A stretch of DNA of 64,000 nucleotides, from the IMG/VR virus record IMGVR_UViG_3300044858_003017, one strand, 5' to 3'. The first letter of the stretch is position 1. The number at the start of each line of letters is the position of its first letter. The translations under genes and the position numbers were made by a program. This document shows positions 1 through 8,962 of the stretch, piece by piece. The notes under the pieces were generated by a model that had not been told where the DNA came from, searched no databases, and saw only the letters and a list, made by a program, of their open reading frames with translations. The stretch is from a virus.

Positions 1-74
1 TTTGATAATGGTGTAAAATGATATATATCGCCTACTTGTTTTGCATCATTCAATAAATCTCGTAATCGTATCAT
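1..74 (-). CDS. N-terminus of a gene running off the left edge (MIRLRDLLNDAKQVGDIYHFTPLS...); not in ORF track
   Basis: ATG at 74-72 with an open frame to base 1; same leader and upstream sequence as the 302..847 gene. Confidence 0.8.
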   Translation of the reverse strand, partial: MIRLRDLLNDAKQVGDIYHFTPLS

Positions 75-88
75 ATTAATAAATATCT
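52..88. repeat. 37-bp exact direct repeat, copy 1 (late-promoter motif + ATG + leader codons)
   Basis: aataaatctcgtaatcgtatcatattaataaatatct is identical at 825..861; extends to 43 bp with one mismatch. Confidence 0.95.
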
Positions 89-297
89 TTCAATGCAGTA
101 TTGCCCTTTTCATGTTGTGGTTCATACGGACAATGTTTACAACCATTTCCACAGCAAGTACCTCTTCTTTTGTGATATGATTCGGTCATTACTCGAAGAC
201 CACTTTCATTGTAGTAAAAGTCTGTAGGAAGGAGCTTGCTTCCAAACTCCTTCACAAACTGTTGTTGTATCCAATCTTTCGATGCTGATTGTATCAT
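76..297 (-). CDS. Small Cys-rich DUF5522-like protein
   Basis: YHxxRGxCCGNGCxHCPY motif. Confidence 0.75.
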   Translation of the reverse strand: MIQSASKDWIQQQFVKEFGSKLLPTDFYYNESGLRVMTESYHKRRGTCCGNGCKHCPYEPQHEKGNTALKDIY

Positions 298-301
298 AAT
301 A

Positions 302-847
302 TTACATGTTTGGGTTATTTGGTGTATCTATACCAGTAAAATCATATTTTGGTGCATTTGTAGATATATCATCTGGATTAAATCCTTCGTTTCTAGCACC
401 ATCTTTAAACCATTGCGGCAATTGTCCTATTTTTGATTTTATAAATGTTTTCCCATTATCAAACCAATCTGGAAAATTTGTATAGTACCCGCCAATTTTG
501 TTATATTCAAATTCGATTTGATTTTCATTTGTTATTTTAAGTGATTTTGATACGCCAGGAAATTGATTTGCCGTAAAATCTATACCATATCCGTTAATAA
601 TAGAAAAAATATGCGAATCACCATCTCCTGATTTCCCTGGATATTTTTTTATATCTATAGGAGGAGCTAATAATATTACATCTGGTTCGAATCCTTTATT
701 TGACTTAACCCATTTAACAAATTCATATGTTGATCTTTTACAATCATGTGATGTATTATATGATGTAGATTTCATAAATTCTTTAGCAAGATTATTTACA
801 TCTATGCTATTTTCAACTTCATTTAATAAATCTCGTAATCGTATCAT
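302..847 (-). CDS. Putative transglutaminase/papain-fold (Cys-His-Asp) enzyme with MIRLRDLLNE leader
   Basis: DCKRST ... SHIFSI ... IDFTANQF order fits a Cys-His-Asp triad. Confidence 0.5.
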   Translation of the reverse strand: MIRLRDLLNEVENSIDVNNLAKEFMKSTSYNTSHDCKRSTYEFVKWVKSNKGFEPDVILLAPPIDIKKYPGKSGDGDSHIFSIINGYGIDFTANQFPGVSKSLKITNENQIEFEYNKIGGYYTNFPDWFDNGKTFIKSKIGQLPQWFKDGARNEGFNPDDISTNAPKYDFTGIDTPNNPNM

Positions 848-861
848 ATTAATAAATATCT
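825..861. repeat. 37-bp exact direct repeat, copy 2
   Basis: identical to 52..88. Confidence 0.95.
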
Positions 862-866
862 AAATA

Positions 867-2723
867 TTATTTTATCTCACAAGCTCCGCCTGCACAAGCT
901 AATTCTCCTGATAAATCAGTGTTATCATCAAGTTCAATTACTTGTGTCAAGTCGATGTTTGTTAATGATTCTAACATTTCTTCATATTTTTCTTGCGTAA
1001 TATCTTCAAATGGAGCCTGTGTATATGTTCCGCCATCATATGGTAATACTGATAATCCGTTGTAGTGGTCTCTGTTTTCCCACATCCATTCTCCTGCCAA
1101 TTCCCATTCGTCTGCTTTCAAAGAAACCGTTGCAGATACATTGTGAGTATTGTTTCCGCTACGATGTCCTGGCTTCACCCATTCTAAATGAACCTTTTTA
1201 ATACGATCCAATAATTGGAATGGTGATTCTGTTCTCATAATAGCTCCTTCTGGTGCCTTTTGTGGAATTGAAATAACTGCAGTATCGTGTGGACGAAAAT
1301 ATTCATCTTCAACAAGTTCCGGATGATATTCTGCTAAATATGTGTAAATGGCTTCATTTTTTCCAACACGAATTCTTCTTACATAATAATCATTGTGCCA
1401 AGCATGAATACCAGATGATGTACCTAATGTTAATGATGTTGTTCCTGCTGGTTTAACTGTGGTTGTACGAGCCGATTTATTAATACCAATAAGTCCTGCT
1501 ACTCGTTCATTTTCTTGTTTAACAAGTTTAGCAGCTTCTTTCATGTTATAACCTAATACTGTACCAGAACCGATACCCGTCATTGATACGCCAATTAACG
1601 CATCTTTTTCAGTTGTGCGTTTCCATACTGCACGAAGATAATGAAAATCTGTATATCCTGCTTGTAATGTTCCAATGAATGCCGCGGCCTTTACTCGAGC
1701 ATTTAAATCTTCTTGTGATTCAATATCCGATGCATTTACTTCACATAGGTTACAAAATTGGAATGGTCGAAGTGCAATTTCGCAACATGGATTAGTTCCC
1801 CAATCTTTGTCATTGCTTAAATAAATTCCAGGTTCTCCTGCATTTGATAATTCAACACGTTTCCACAAATCCATAAAGAATTCTCGAGTAACTTTGTGAC
1901 GAATCAATACAGCCGAATTATTTGCTCGACCTCGTTGTGGATTTGTTTCCCACCAATTGCCTGATTTACATGCAATCATTTCTTCATCATCTGCACTAAA
2001 CAAAGAAATAAGAGCTGCTCTACGAATACCACCTGCTAATACTGCATCGGCAACGTGACATACCATATCATGTACTTCAATTGGAGAAAGTTTATCGCCA
2101 TCTTCTTTGGCATCCAAAATTCCTTGAAGTTTAATCAAACATTCTTTTAATGGTTGAGGTCCTGGAGCTTTTCCTCCTGATGTTACTAATCTTGCTCCTT
2201 TAGCTCTAATATCTGAAAAATCAAATGAATATGATGAGCCACCTTCAAAATAAGATTTAACTAATACTTTAACTGCATCTGCCCAACCTTCAATTGAATC
2301 TGCAATTAAATAACGACGTGTCTTTTTTGGATTTGGTTTGCGAATTTCTGGTAAAGCATCAACATGATGTTTCTGTACAGAATATCCAACGCCCGTTCCA
2401 CCTAGCAATAAAAACATTGCCTCAGCAAAAGCACGATAATCATCTATAGGAAGATATGCACAATTGTAAATTCGATTAGGAGAGATTTCAATTGGTTTGC
2501 CACCAAATTGCAAACTACGCATTGATGGTAATACTTTTTTGTCGTAAACAAATTGATATGCCGTTTCAATTTCTTCCCGCAATGCTGGATACTTTTTGAT
2601 GTGCATATTCATGTTTCTTGTAACTAATTCTTCCCAAGATTCTCTGCGATTGAGTTCGGGAAGATACTTGGCATACTTCATGTATACCGTAATTTCACTT
2701 AAGATTTGATTTGAAATCTCCAT
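867..2723 (-). CDS. nrdJ: Class II (adenosylcobalamin-dependent) ribonucleotide reductase
   Basis: IYNCA, GGIRRAALI, TNPCCEI, FCNLCEV, VKPAGTTS and C-terminal CAGGACEI; SD aaggag. Confidence 0.93.
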   Translation of the reverse strand: MEISNQILSEITVYMKYAKYLPELNRRESWEELVTRNMNMHIKKYPALREEIETAYQFVYDKKVLPSMRSLQFGGKPIEISPNRIYNCAYLPIDDYRAFAEAMFLLLGGTGVGYSVQKHHVDALPEIRKPNPKKTRRYLIADSIEGWADAVKVLVKSYFEGGSSYSFDFSDIRAKGARLVTSGGKAPGPQPLKECLIKLQGILDAKEDGDKLSPIEVHDMVCHVADAVLAGGIRRAALISLFSADDEEMIACKSGNWWETNPQRGRANNSAVLIRHKVTREFFMDLWKRVELSNAGEPGIYLSNDKDWGTNPCCEIALRPFQFCNLCEVNASDIESQEDLNARVKAAAFIGTLQAGYTDFHYLRAVWKRTTEKDALIGVSMTGIGSGTVLGYNMKEAAKLVKQENERVAGLIGINKSARTTTVKPAGTTSLTLGTSSGIHAWHNDYYVRRIRVGKNEAIYTYLAEYHPELVEDEYFRPHDTAVISIPQKAPEGAIMRTESPFQLLDRIKKVHLEWVKPGHRSGNNTHNVSATVSLKADEWELAGEWMWENRDHYNGLSVLPYDGGTYTQAPFEDITQEKYEEMLESLTNIDLTQVIELDDNTDLSGELACAGGACEIK

Positions 2724-2768
2724 TGTTGTAATCTCCTTAGATGTTTATTAACTTAAATTTTTTAGATG

Positions 2769-2793
2769 AAAAAAGGAAGGAGTTATCCTTCCC
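2769..2793 (-). terminator. Intrinsic terminator after the helicase
   Basis: GGGAAGGA-TAAC-TCCTTCCT followed by a T-run. Confidence 0.75.
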
Positions 2794-2817
2794 ATATTCT
2801 TTTATATAAATATCATT

Positions 2818-4173
2818 TTATCCCAAAGTTCCGCCCAGATCTTTAAACTTTTGTGCTAAATTTTTCTTAACTAAATTCTCACCTGTTTTCATGATTTGTG
2901 TGGTTTGTTTGCCTTGAGTTGTTTGTGGTTCAAAGAATTGAAATTGTCCATTATTAGTATTGATTTTACTTGGCAATGTAATACCATCTGGACCAAAACG
3001 ATTCTTAATAACATGTCCTCTACCAGTTCCTGACATTTTATCCTCTACCTTTCTTGACAAAGACATTAAAAAGTCAGCAACCATTACTTTTCCATATGAT
3101 GATGCAATTTTGTCTGCTTCAATAATATCTTCTTCTAATGCACTACGTCCCGCTTGCGATGCAGTCCATACTGGTATTTTATATTCTCCCGCCATACCAC
3201 GAAGTTCTTCATATAAATCTTCCAATGCTTCGTGTTTGTCTTTCTTTGTATTTACTTTAAGCAAGTCACCGTAATCCACAATGATTAAATCTGGTGTTTT
3301 GCTTTGCATAATAGTTTTTTCAATATGTGCCTTCAATGCCATTACTCCAACTGATTTGGTTGGAAAATACTTAACAATCAATTCACCACGTAAAGATTTC
3401 ATTTTTTCTTCAACTGTTTCTTGATGATGTTTAAGTGTCTGTGCATTGATTCCTGTTAATACTGAATCATATCGTTGACCTACATAATTTTCATTGAGCT
3501 CTAATGTATAATGAATAACAGTCTTTCCAGCTTTAACTGCATTGGCACCAATATTGATAAGCATCCAAGATTTACCAATACCTGCAGGAGCCATTACTAC
3601 TCCTAATTCTCCTGGAGCTAAACCGCCATCCATTAAATCATCAATAACATCCCACCCCGTAGTAATTGTATGCCGTGCAGCTTCATTGTATCGTGCAGCT
3701 ACATTATTAATATAGTCCAAACCAATATCAGTATCAGCACCAGCTTTCATGGCACTATCCATTTTAGATTTAATTTCATCATAGTTACCCATTTTGAGTA
3801 ACGAAACCGAATCCATTATAGCTCGTTTAATTTCCTGATTCTTGCAAAATTTAAGAATTTCATCTTTTACAAAAGAAAGGTCATCTGACTCCATGTATCG
3901 AAATACTTCTTTCAATTGTTCTAATACTGCAGTTTTTAAGATGTCATTTTCAATCTCTGTTATTTTGACTTTGAGTACATCTTTTGATGGCGGAGCTTTG
4001 TATTGTTTGAAATGTTCCAATACAACTTCTAATAGCCAACTGTTTGCATCAGATTCAAAATATTCTGCTTGTATTATATCTGCAATTTGCTGTAAAAATA
4101 TTCTGTCTGTGAATAATGCTGCTATAACTTTTACTTGAAAGCCATAACCATATTCGGAAAGTTTGTCGGTCAT
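2818..4173 (-). CDS. Replicative DnaB/gp41-like helicase
   Basis: Walker A APAGIGKS, IIVDY, WTASQ, KNRFG. Confidence 0.92.
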   Translation of the reverse strand: MTDKLSEYGYGFQVKVIAALFTDRIFLQQIADIIQAEYFESDANSWLLEVVLEHFKQYKAPPSKDVLKVKITEIENDILKTAVLEQLKEVFRYMESDDLSFVKDEILKFCKNQEIKRAIMDSVSLLKMGNYDEIKSKMDSAMKAGADTDIGLDYINNVAARYNEAARHTITTGWDVIDDLMDGGLAPGELGVVMAPAGIGKSWMLINIGANAVKAGKTVIHYTLELNENYVGQRYDSVLTGINAQTLKHHQETVEEKMKSLRGELIVKYFPTKSVGVMALKAHIEKTIMQSKTPDLIIVDYGDLLKVNTKKDKHEALEDLYEELRGMAGEYKIPVWTASQAGRSALEEDIIEADKIASSYGKVMVADFLMSLSRKVEDKMSGTGRGHVIKNRFGPDGITLPSKINTNNGQFQFFEPQTTQGKQTTQIMKTGENLVKKNLAQKFKDLGGTLG

Positions 4174-4179
4174 ATAACC

Positions 4180-4207
4180 AATATATAAAAAACTATGTTA
4201 AATTCAA
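4180..4207 (-). promoter_or_regulatory. Sigma70-like promoter TTGAAT-N16-TATATT, 6 nt before the helicase ATG
   Basis: one of six promoters with the same architecture in the window. Confidence 0.7.
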
Positions 4208-4208
4208 A

Positions 4209-5276
4209 TTATTTATGTGTCTGTTTTGCAAATGCATTTAAAGACAACCAAGTATTAGTTAACCAATCGGGTAAATTTTTCATGATAGACCACATCTTAT
4301 CTTGATAGAATAATCTTTGAAATTCGGCACGATTTAATTCTGGTATAGGTTGTTCCATAATACCTCGAATTTTACTAGCAGTCGATGCCGGTATATCAAG
4401 AAGCTTGATATTCATTAATTGATAATTTTGTTCAATGATGCGACTATTATCTAAAATCTTTTGATATGATTTAGATTCTTTAAGTGATGCCGAGCTTTTG
4501 TCAAACAATTGTTGCGTTGTATATGGCGTTGCATTGGCTAATTCTGGAACAAGTTTCAATATAGTCTTTGGACCGATTCCATTAACGCCCGGAATGTTAT
4601 CTGAAGCATCTCCCGTAAATGATCTATAAATAACCATATTAGCAGGATGCACTCCAAATTCTTCTTGCACTGTATCTACATTATACATTTTCTTTTTAAT
4701 TGGAGACCAAACCTGAATTCGATCATCAACCAATTGATAAAAGTCTCTATCCGTAGATACAATGGTAATCTTTTTGCATTCCGTTTCATACATCTGTGCA
4801 ATATATGCAATTGTATCATCGGCTTCAATTCCATCCATTGAAATAAAGGTTACAGGTAAATTGTCTAGATATGATATCAATCTTGAAAATTGATGTCGCA
4901 TTGACTCCTGTTCTTGTTCCAATGTAGATTCGTGATGATCGTGACGTCGCAATTTAGTTTTATTTGCCCTATTTGCTTTGTAATCACCATAGATTCGTTT
5001 TCTTCGAGCAGAACCCCCGCGGCCATCGAATACAATAATGCATCGAGTAGGTTTAAAATCGCGAACGGTTTTACCAACTGAATATAAAAATCCAGTAATG
5101 CCACCGATATGATCGCCATCTTCATTATATGCGGGAGTTGCGCCGAAGCTTCGAATGAAAGTGTTTAGCCCGTCAAACACCATGAGATGATCATTGACAC
5201 TCGACGGACTAGAACTCCTTTCTTGTTGTAACTCTTTGAATAATTGTTGATACTTATTCTTCATCATACGTTTCAT
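4209..5276 (-). CDS. 5'-3' exonuclease / T4 RNase H-like flap endonuclease (true start probably a few codons downstream)
   Basis: FDGLN, VFDG, YKANR, EADD, STDRD, GDASDNIPGVNGIGPKT. Confidence 0.9.
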   Translation of the reverse strand: MKRMMKNKYQQLFKELQQERSSSPSSVNDHLMVFDGLNTFIRSFGATPAYNEDGDHIGGITGFLYSVGKTVRDFKPTRCIIVFDGRGGSARRKRIYGDYKANRANKTKLRRHDHHESTLEQEQESMRHQFSRLISYLDNLPVTFISMDGIEADDTIAYIAQMYETECKKITIVSTDRDFYQLVDDRIQVWSPIKKKMYNVDTVQEEFGVHPANMVIYRSFTGDASDNIPGVNGIGPKTILKLVPELANATPYTTQQLFDKSSASLKESKSYQKILDNSRIIEQNYQLMNIKLLDIPASTASKIRGIMEQPIPELNRAEFQRLFYQDKMWSIMKNLPDWLTNTWLSLNAFAKQTHK

Positions 5277-6414
5277 CAGTAATGATTACGTCATCAATAC
5301 CACCGTCAATACCGGCCTGATATTTGAAAATATAAGCATCGCATATTCTTTGATATAACCTTTCCTTTGCTTCTGGGTTTGAAATAACCTTTTCCACAAA
5401 GTCTTTGCTTTGAAATTTAATTTCGCCATGTGCTTCACCAGTTTCTATATCTACGTCTTCCATAGTATACCATGCACCTGATTGTTTAACGATATCAAAA
5501 TTCTTCATGATGTTCAACCAACCACCAAAATTGTCAATTCCGGAATCATAATAGATTTCATAATTGACTTTGCGATGTGGTGGACCCATACGATTCTTTA
5601 CCACTTGTACTTCTGTTTTGCTACCCACAACTTGTTCAACGCCATTTACTTTGGCTTTAATCATTCCTGTGTTCTTTAAACGCAATCTAACCGAAGCATG
5701 AAATGGAATTGCCTTACCACCTGCAGTTGTCCATTGGTCACCAAAAGACACGCCCATTTTGGTACGAAGTTGATTGGTAAATATGAGACAAATTCGCTCT
5801 CTTGCAATCCAATTAGTAACTTTTCGCATTGCCTTTGATAAAATGATTGATTTGCTTGTTGCATAACCATCCTTATCATATTCAGCTGACATTTCAATTT
5901 TTGTAGATGCACCCATGATTGAATCCACTACAATCGTAACTAAACGATCTTTATCTGATTTTCGAACTCCTTCTACAATTGTTTCAATAGTTTCAAATAT
6001 TTCTTCAATTGTTTCTAATGGAACATATAGCATTGTTTTTAAATCAACACCAATAGCCGTCAAAAATTCAGAACTTGTAGCAGATTCCGTATCAATATAA
6101 ACAGCCAATCCACCTTTCTTTTGTGTTTCTGCTAATGTGTGTGCAGCTAACAATGATTTACCGGAGGCTTCTAATCCAGTAATTTCAGTGATTCGCCCAA
6201 CAGGAAATCCTCCATGGGCACGATTTGAAATTGCTAAATCGAGCATCGAGCAACCAGATGATACCCACTCTGATACATTGCTTGGAGAATCATCATCGCC
6301 ATCTAAAAAGAACGCAGTTTTAAGATTTTGTCCTTTGAATTGCTTGTTGATACTGTCTGCCAATGTAGATGCTAGAGCATCTTCTATTTCCAGTTTACTT
6401 TTACTCTTTGCCAT
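5254..6414 (-). CDS. uvsX: RecA/UvsX recombinase
   Basis: GRITEITGLEASGKS, IVVDS, FTNQLR, GGKAIPFHASVR, VVKNR. Confidence 0.92.
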   Translation of the reverse strand: MAKSKSKLEIEDALASTLADSINKQFKGQNLKTAFFLDGDDDSPSNVSEWVSSGCSMLDLAISNRAHGGFPVGRITEITGLEASGKSLLAAHTLAETQKKGGLAVYIDTESATSSEFLTAIGVDLKTMLYVPLETIEEIFETIETIVEGVRKSDKDRLVTIVVDSIMGASTKIEMSAEYDKDGYATSKSIILSKAMRKVTNWIARERICLIFTNQLRTKMGVSFGDQWTTAGGKAIPFHASVRLRLKNTGMIKAKVNGVEQVVGSKTEVQVVKNRMGPPHRKVNYEIYYDSGIDNFGGWLNIMKNFDIVKQSGAWYTMEDVDIETGEAHGEIKFQSKDFVEKVISNPEAKERLYQRICDAYIFKYQAGIDGGIDDVIITDETYDEE

Positions 6415-6427
6415 TAAAACTCCTTAA

Positions 6428-7195
6428 TTAATTGTTGAATAAGTCATCGAATGCAGATGCAACATTATCAACTTTTTTAGTAGCAGCCGGTTTAGAAGCT
6501 TTTGCTGGTGCTTCTTCTTCTTCATCTGAATCAACATCTGAATCTGCATTTTCTGGATTCATCCACTCTGCCAATGCCTTTTCTAGTTCTTGATAAGATG
6601 GCTCTGGAAATAAATCAGTAATCTCAGGTTGATTCATGATTTTTTGTGCTATTTCTTTGTCTTCTGTTGCTGGTTGCGTATTCGGTTTAACACGAATAGC
6701 TGTTTTAGGAAATGCTCCGCCTTCTGCTGGTGTAAATTCTACGTCAATATCACGTCCATTCATTAGATCTGTAATGTCACCATAATCGGCATCTGAAATG
6801 ATTGAAAGCAATTCCGTATAAATTGTTTTACCAAAGCCCCAAAATTTAACTCCTTCTGATTCTTTGCCGCGAATAATAACGGGAACATAAGTACGCATTT
6901 TAGGTTCAATTTTACGACCCATTAGCCAATCTTCTTTATCTCCTGTTTTCTTTAGCTTTTCGGCAAATTCAACGATTGGATCTTCATTACCAAATGTAAT
7001 TGGAGATAACATGGATTTCTTTCCGATGTCATAATGAAAATACAATTCTAGGAACGGATTCTCTTTGCGATGAACGTAAGGTACAATTCTTACTCGCGTT
7101 TTACCTGCTTCAGGTTTCCACAAATTTTGTTTTTTGTCATCAGATTTGTTTAACTGATTGAGTTTCGCTTTAATAGCGTCTAAATTCAAGGCCAT
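6428..7195 (-). CDS. Single-stranded DNA-binding protein (gp32-like)
   Basis: LWKP..GK..VRIVP, KFWGFGKTIY, DITD...GRD, acidic tail ending FDDLFNN. Confidence 0.85.
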   Translation of the reverse strand: MALNLDAIKAKLNQLNKSDDKKQNLWKPEAGKTRVRIVPYVHRKENPFLELYFHYDIGKKSMLSPITFGNEDPIVEFAEKLKKTGDKEDWLMGRKIEPKMRTYVPVIIRGKESEGVKFWGFGKTIYTELLSIISDADYGDITDLMNGRDIDVEFTPAEGGAFPKTAIRVKPNTQPATEDKEIAQKIMNQPEITDLFPEPSYQELEKALAEWMNPENADSDVDSDEEEEAPAKASKPAATKKVDNVASAFDDLFNN

Positions 7196-7244
7196 TGTTT
7201 AATTCCTTTTCTTTAAGTGGTTAATAAATAAAAATATTAATTAA

Positions 7245-7272
7245 ATTATAATTAATTAATGTGTTAATTCAA
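7245..7272 (-). promoter_or_regulatory. Sigma70-like promoter TTGAAT-N16-TATAAT upstream of the SSB gene
   Basis: consensus -10; a late-type motif also lies at 7300..7307. Confidence 0.7.
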
Positions 7273-7306
7273 AGTAAATCGTTAAAATTCTTTATATAAA
7301 TAAATA

Positions 7307-7693
7307 TCAGTTCCAAGAAAATTTCTTGTAAAAAATCAAATCAATAACACGATATCCTTCATCATCTGTAAGTATGAATGCGTTTTGATATTTGCTCCAA
7401 TCTAATCGATATGTTTTGTCTAAAACACCGTTATTCACTGCTTTGATAACTTCATTAAGTGCGTTAACTGTATATAAGGTATTGGTTTCTTTTTTGCGAT
7501 GAATGCTTATCGTGTTCTGTCCGCGCTGCGTGCCGGCGTCTGCATTGTATGTGCAATATAAATTGTCTGTTGCTTCAGCATTGGAAAATACGAATATTCT
7601 GCGTTCTGGTATCGTGTAACTTTGTTGTATGTATTCGGTTACTATGTTTAAATCTGATTTATGTGCAAATGTGCAAAGTAATTGTGTTTTCAC
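7307..7693 (-). CDS. Hypothetical protein
   Basis: 128-aa ORF in the operon; no recognised motif. Confidence 0.75.
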   Translation of the reverse strand: MKTQLLCTFAHKSDLNIVTEYIQQSYTIPERRIFVFSNAEATDNLYCTYNADAGTQRGQNTISIHRKKETNTLYTVNALNEVIKAVNNGVLDKTYRLDWSKYQNAFILTDDEGYRVIDLIFYKKFSWN

Positions 7694-7705
7694 TCGTCCT
7701 CATCC

Positions 7706-8962
7706 TTACGATTGTTGTTGTATAAATTCATATTTTGGATATACTGATTTTAAACCAAATACCCACATTCCTTGAGATAATCCTATAATACTCCAATCTG
7801 TTGCAACTGTTACAATTGGAACTCCTGGATTATTAACATCATATGCAATTAATCCTAATATTTCTTCAAAGAATTTATTTTTTGTAGTATTTAATAATTG
7901 GATCATAAAATTTGGATTTTTGATTAAATCATTATGTTTTAATTTATTAAACCAAATTGCTGCATTGTTTGTTTCATTACTAATTTGTTGTCCTATTTTA
8001 ATAGAAACTTCAGATTGGTCGCCAGATCCTTGTTGTATTTTTTCAAAATCTTCCGATGTTATCCAATATGATAATACTTGGTTTCCTGTTTTAATTGTTA
8101 ATCTAGTATCTCGTATATCAGTATCTAAATCAGATTTCCAAAGTATTTGGTGAATTAATTGAAATCCACTGTACATTTGTGACCATCCACTTTTATAACT
8201 TATTTCCGTGCTAGCTACATTATCCATTAACGGAACAAATATTTTTTCAAGTACTTGAATCAATTCATTTAATTGTCGCCAAGAATGTGGATCTACTAGA
8301 TCTTTTAATTCTTCAAATGAATCTCCCATTTCTGATAATGGTTTTACAATATCATTGAAAAAGTTTACGGTTTGTGTTAATAAGTCACCATCAACTGGCA
8401 TACCGGATTTTGCGGGACGAAATGTTTTTCCTTCTGGCGCCTTACCCATTTCTCCAGATTTGGTTGGTCTAGGCAATTTACCAATTTCTTTAACTTCCCA
8501 TTGGCCCACAGGCATAATGATATCATGAGATGCAGTACCACCTGGTTGCGAATCTTTTACTGCTAATAGTATTTGAATTTCACCTTTACCCATTCCTGCA
8601 GCAGATTTACCAATTGGTAAGATATCATAAAATTTAGTAAATGCCTTATAACCGCCGGCCATAAACGATTCAATCGTATGTTGACGATAGTTTTTATCAA
8701 ATTCTTGTTTTTCTTGTGGAGATAAATTTTCGTAACGATTTTGTATTTGTTGAGTTAAATCGTCTGATAAATTTAATTGCGAAAATTCTATTTGTTCTGT
8801 TATTATGCCCTGAGCTTTATCAACTACAATTCTAGCTTCCAATGGCGTTAAATCAGTCATTTCTAAAATAACATGATATAACAACTCATAATCTTTCGAT
8901 CTAGTTGGATAACCTTTTGGTAATCTATAACTCCATTCTGTAAGTATTGAATCGATTGTCAT
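7706..8962 (-). CDS. Hypothetical protein with a PD-(D/E)xK nuclease-like motif and ILTE leader
   Basis: MGKGEIQILL ... HDII ... WEVKE; late motif at 8986..8993. Confidence 0.5.
   Translation of the reverse strand: MTIDSILTEWSYRLPKGYPTRSKDYELLYHVILEMTDLTPLEARIVVDKAQGIITEQIEFSQLNLSDDLTQQIQNRYENLSPQEKQEFDKNYRQHTIESFMAGGYKAFTKFYDILPIGKSAAGMGKGEIQILLAVKDSQPGGTASHDIIMPVGQWEVKEIGKLPRPTKSGEMGKAPEGKTFRPAKSGMPVDGDLLTQTVNFFNDIVKPLSEMGDSFEELKDLVDPHSWRQLNELIQVLEKIFVPLMDNVASTEISYKSGWSQMYSGFQLIHQILWKSDLDTDIRDTRLTIKTGNQVLSYWITSEDFEKIQQGSGDQSEVSIKIGQQISNETNNAAIWFNKLKHNDLIKNPNFMIQLLNTTKNKFFEEILGLIAYDVNNPGVPIVTVATDWSIIGLSQGMWVFGLKSVYPKYEFIQQQS

Noticed and set aside
52-861. 37-bp repeats as a CRISPR array or att sites
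   Set aside because: Only two copies, 773 bp apart, each coinciding with a gene start; no cas or integrase gene
2724-2817. Cobalamin riboswitch upstream of nrdJ
   Set aside because: Gap is under 100 nt, AT-rich and has no B12-box
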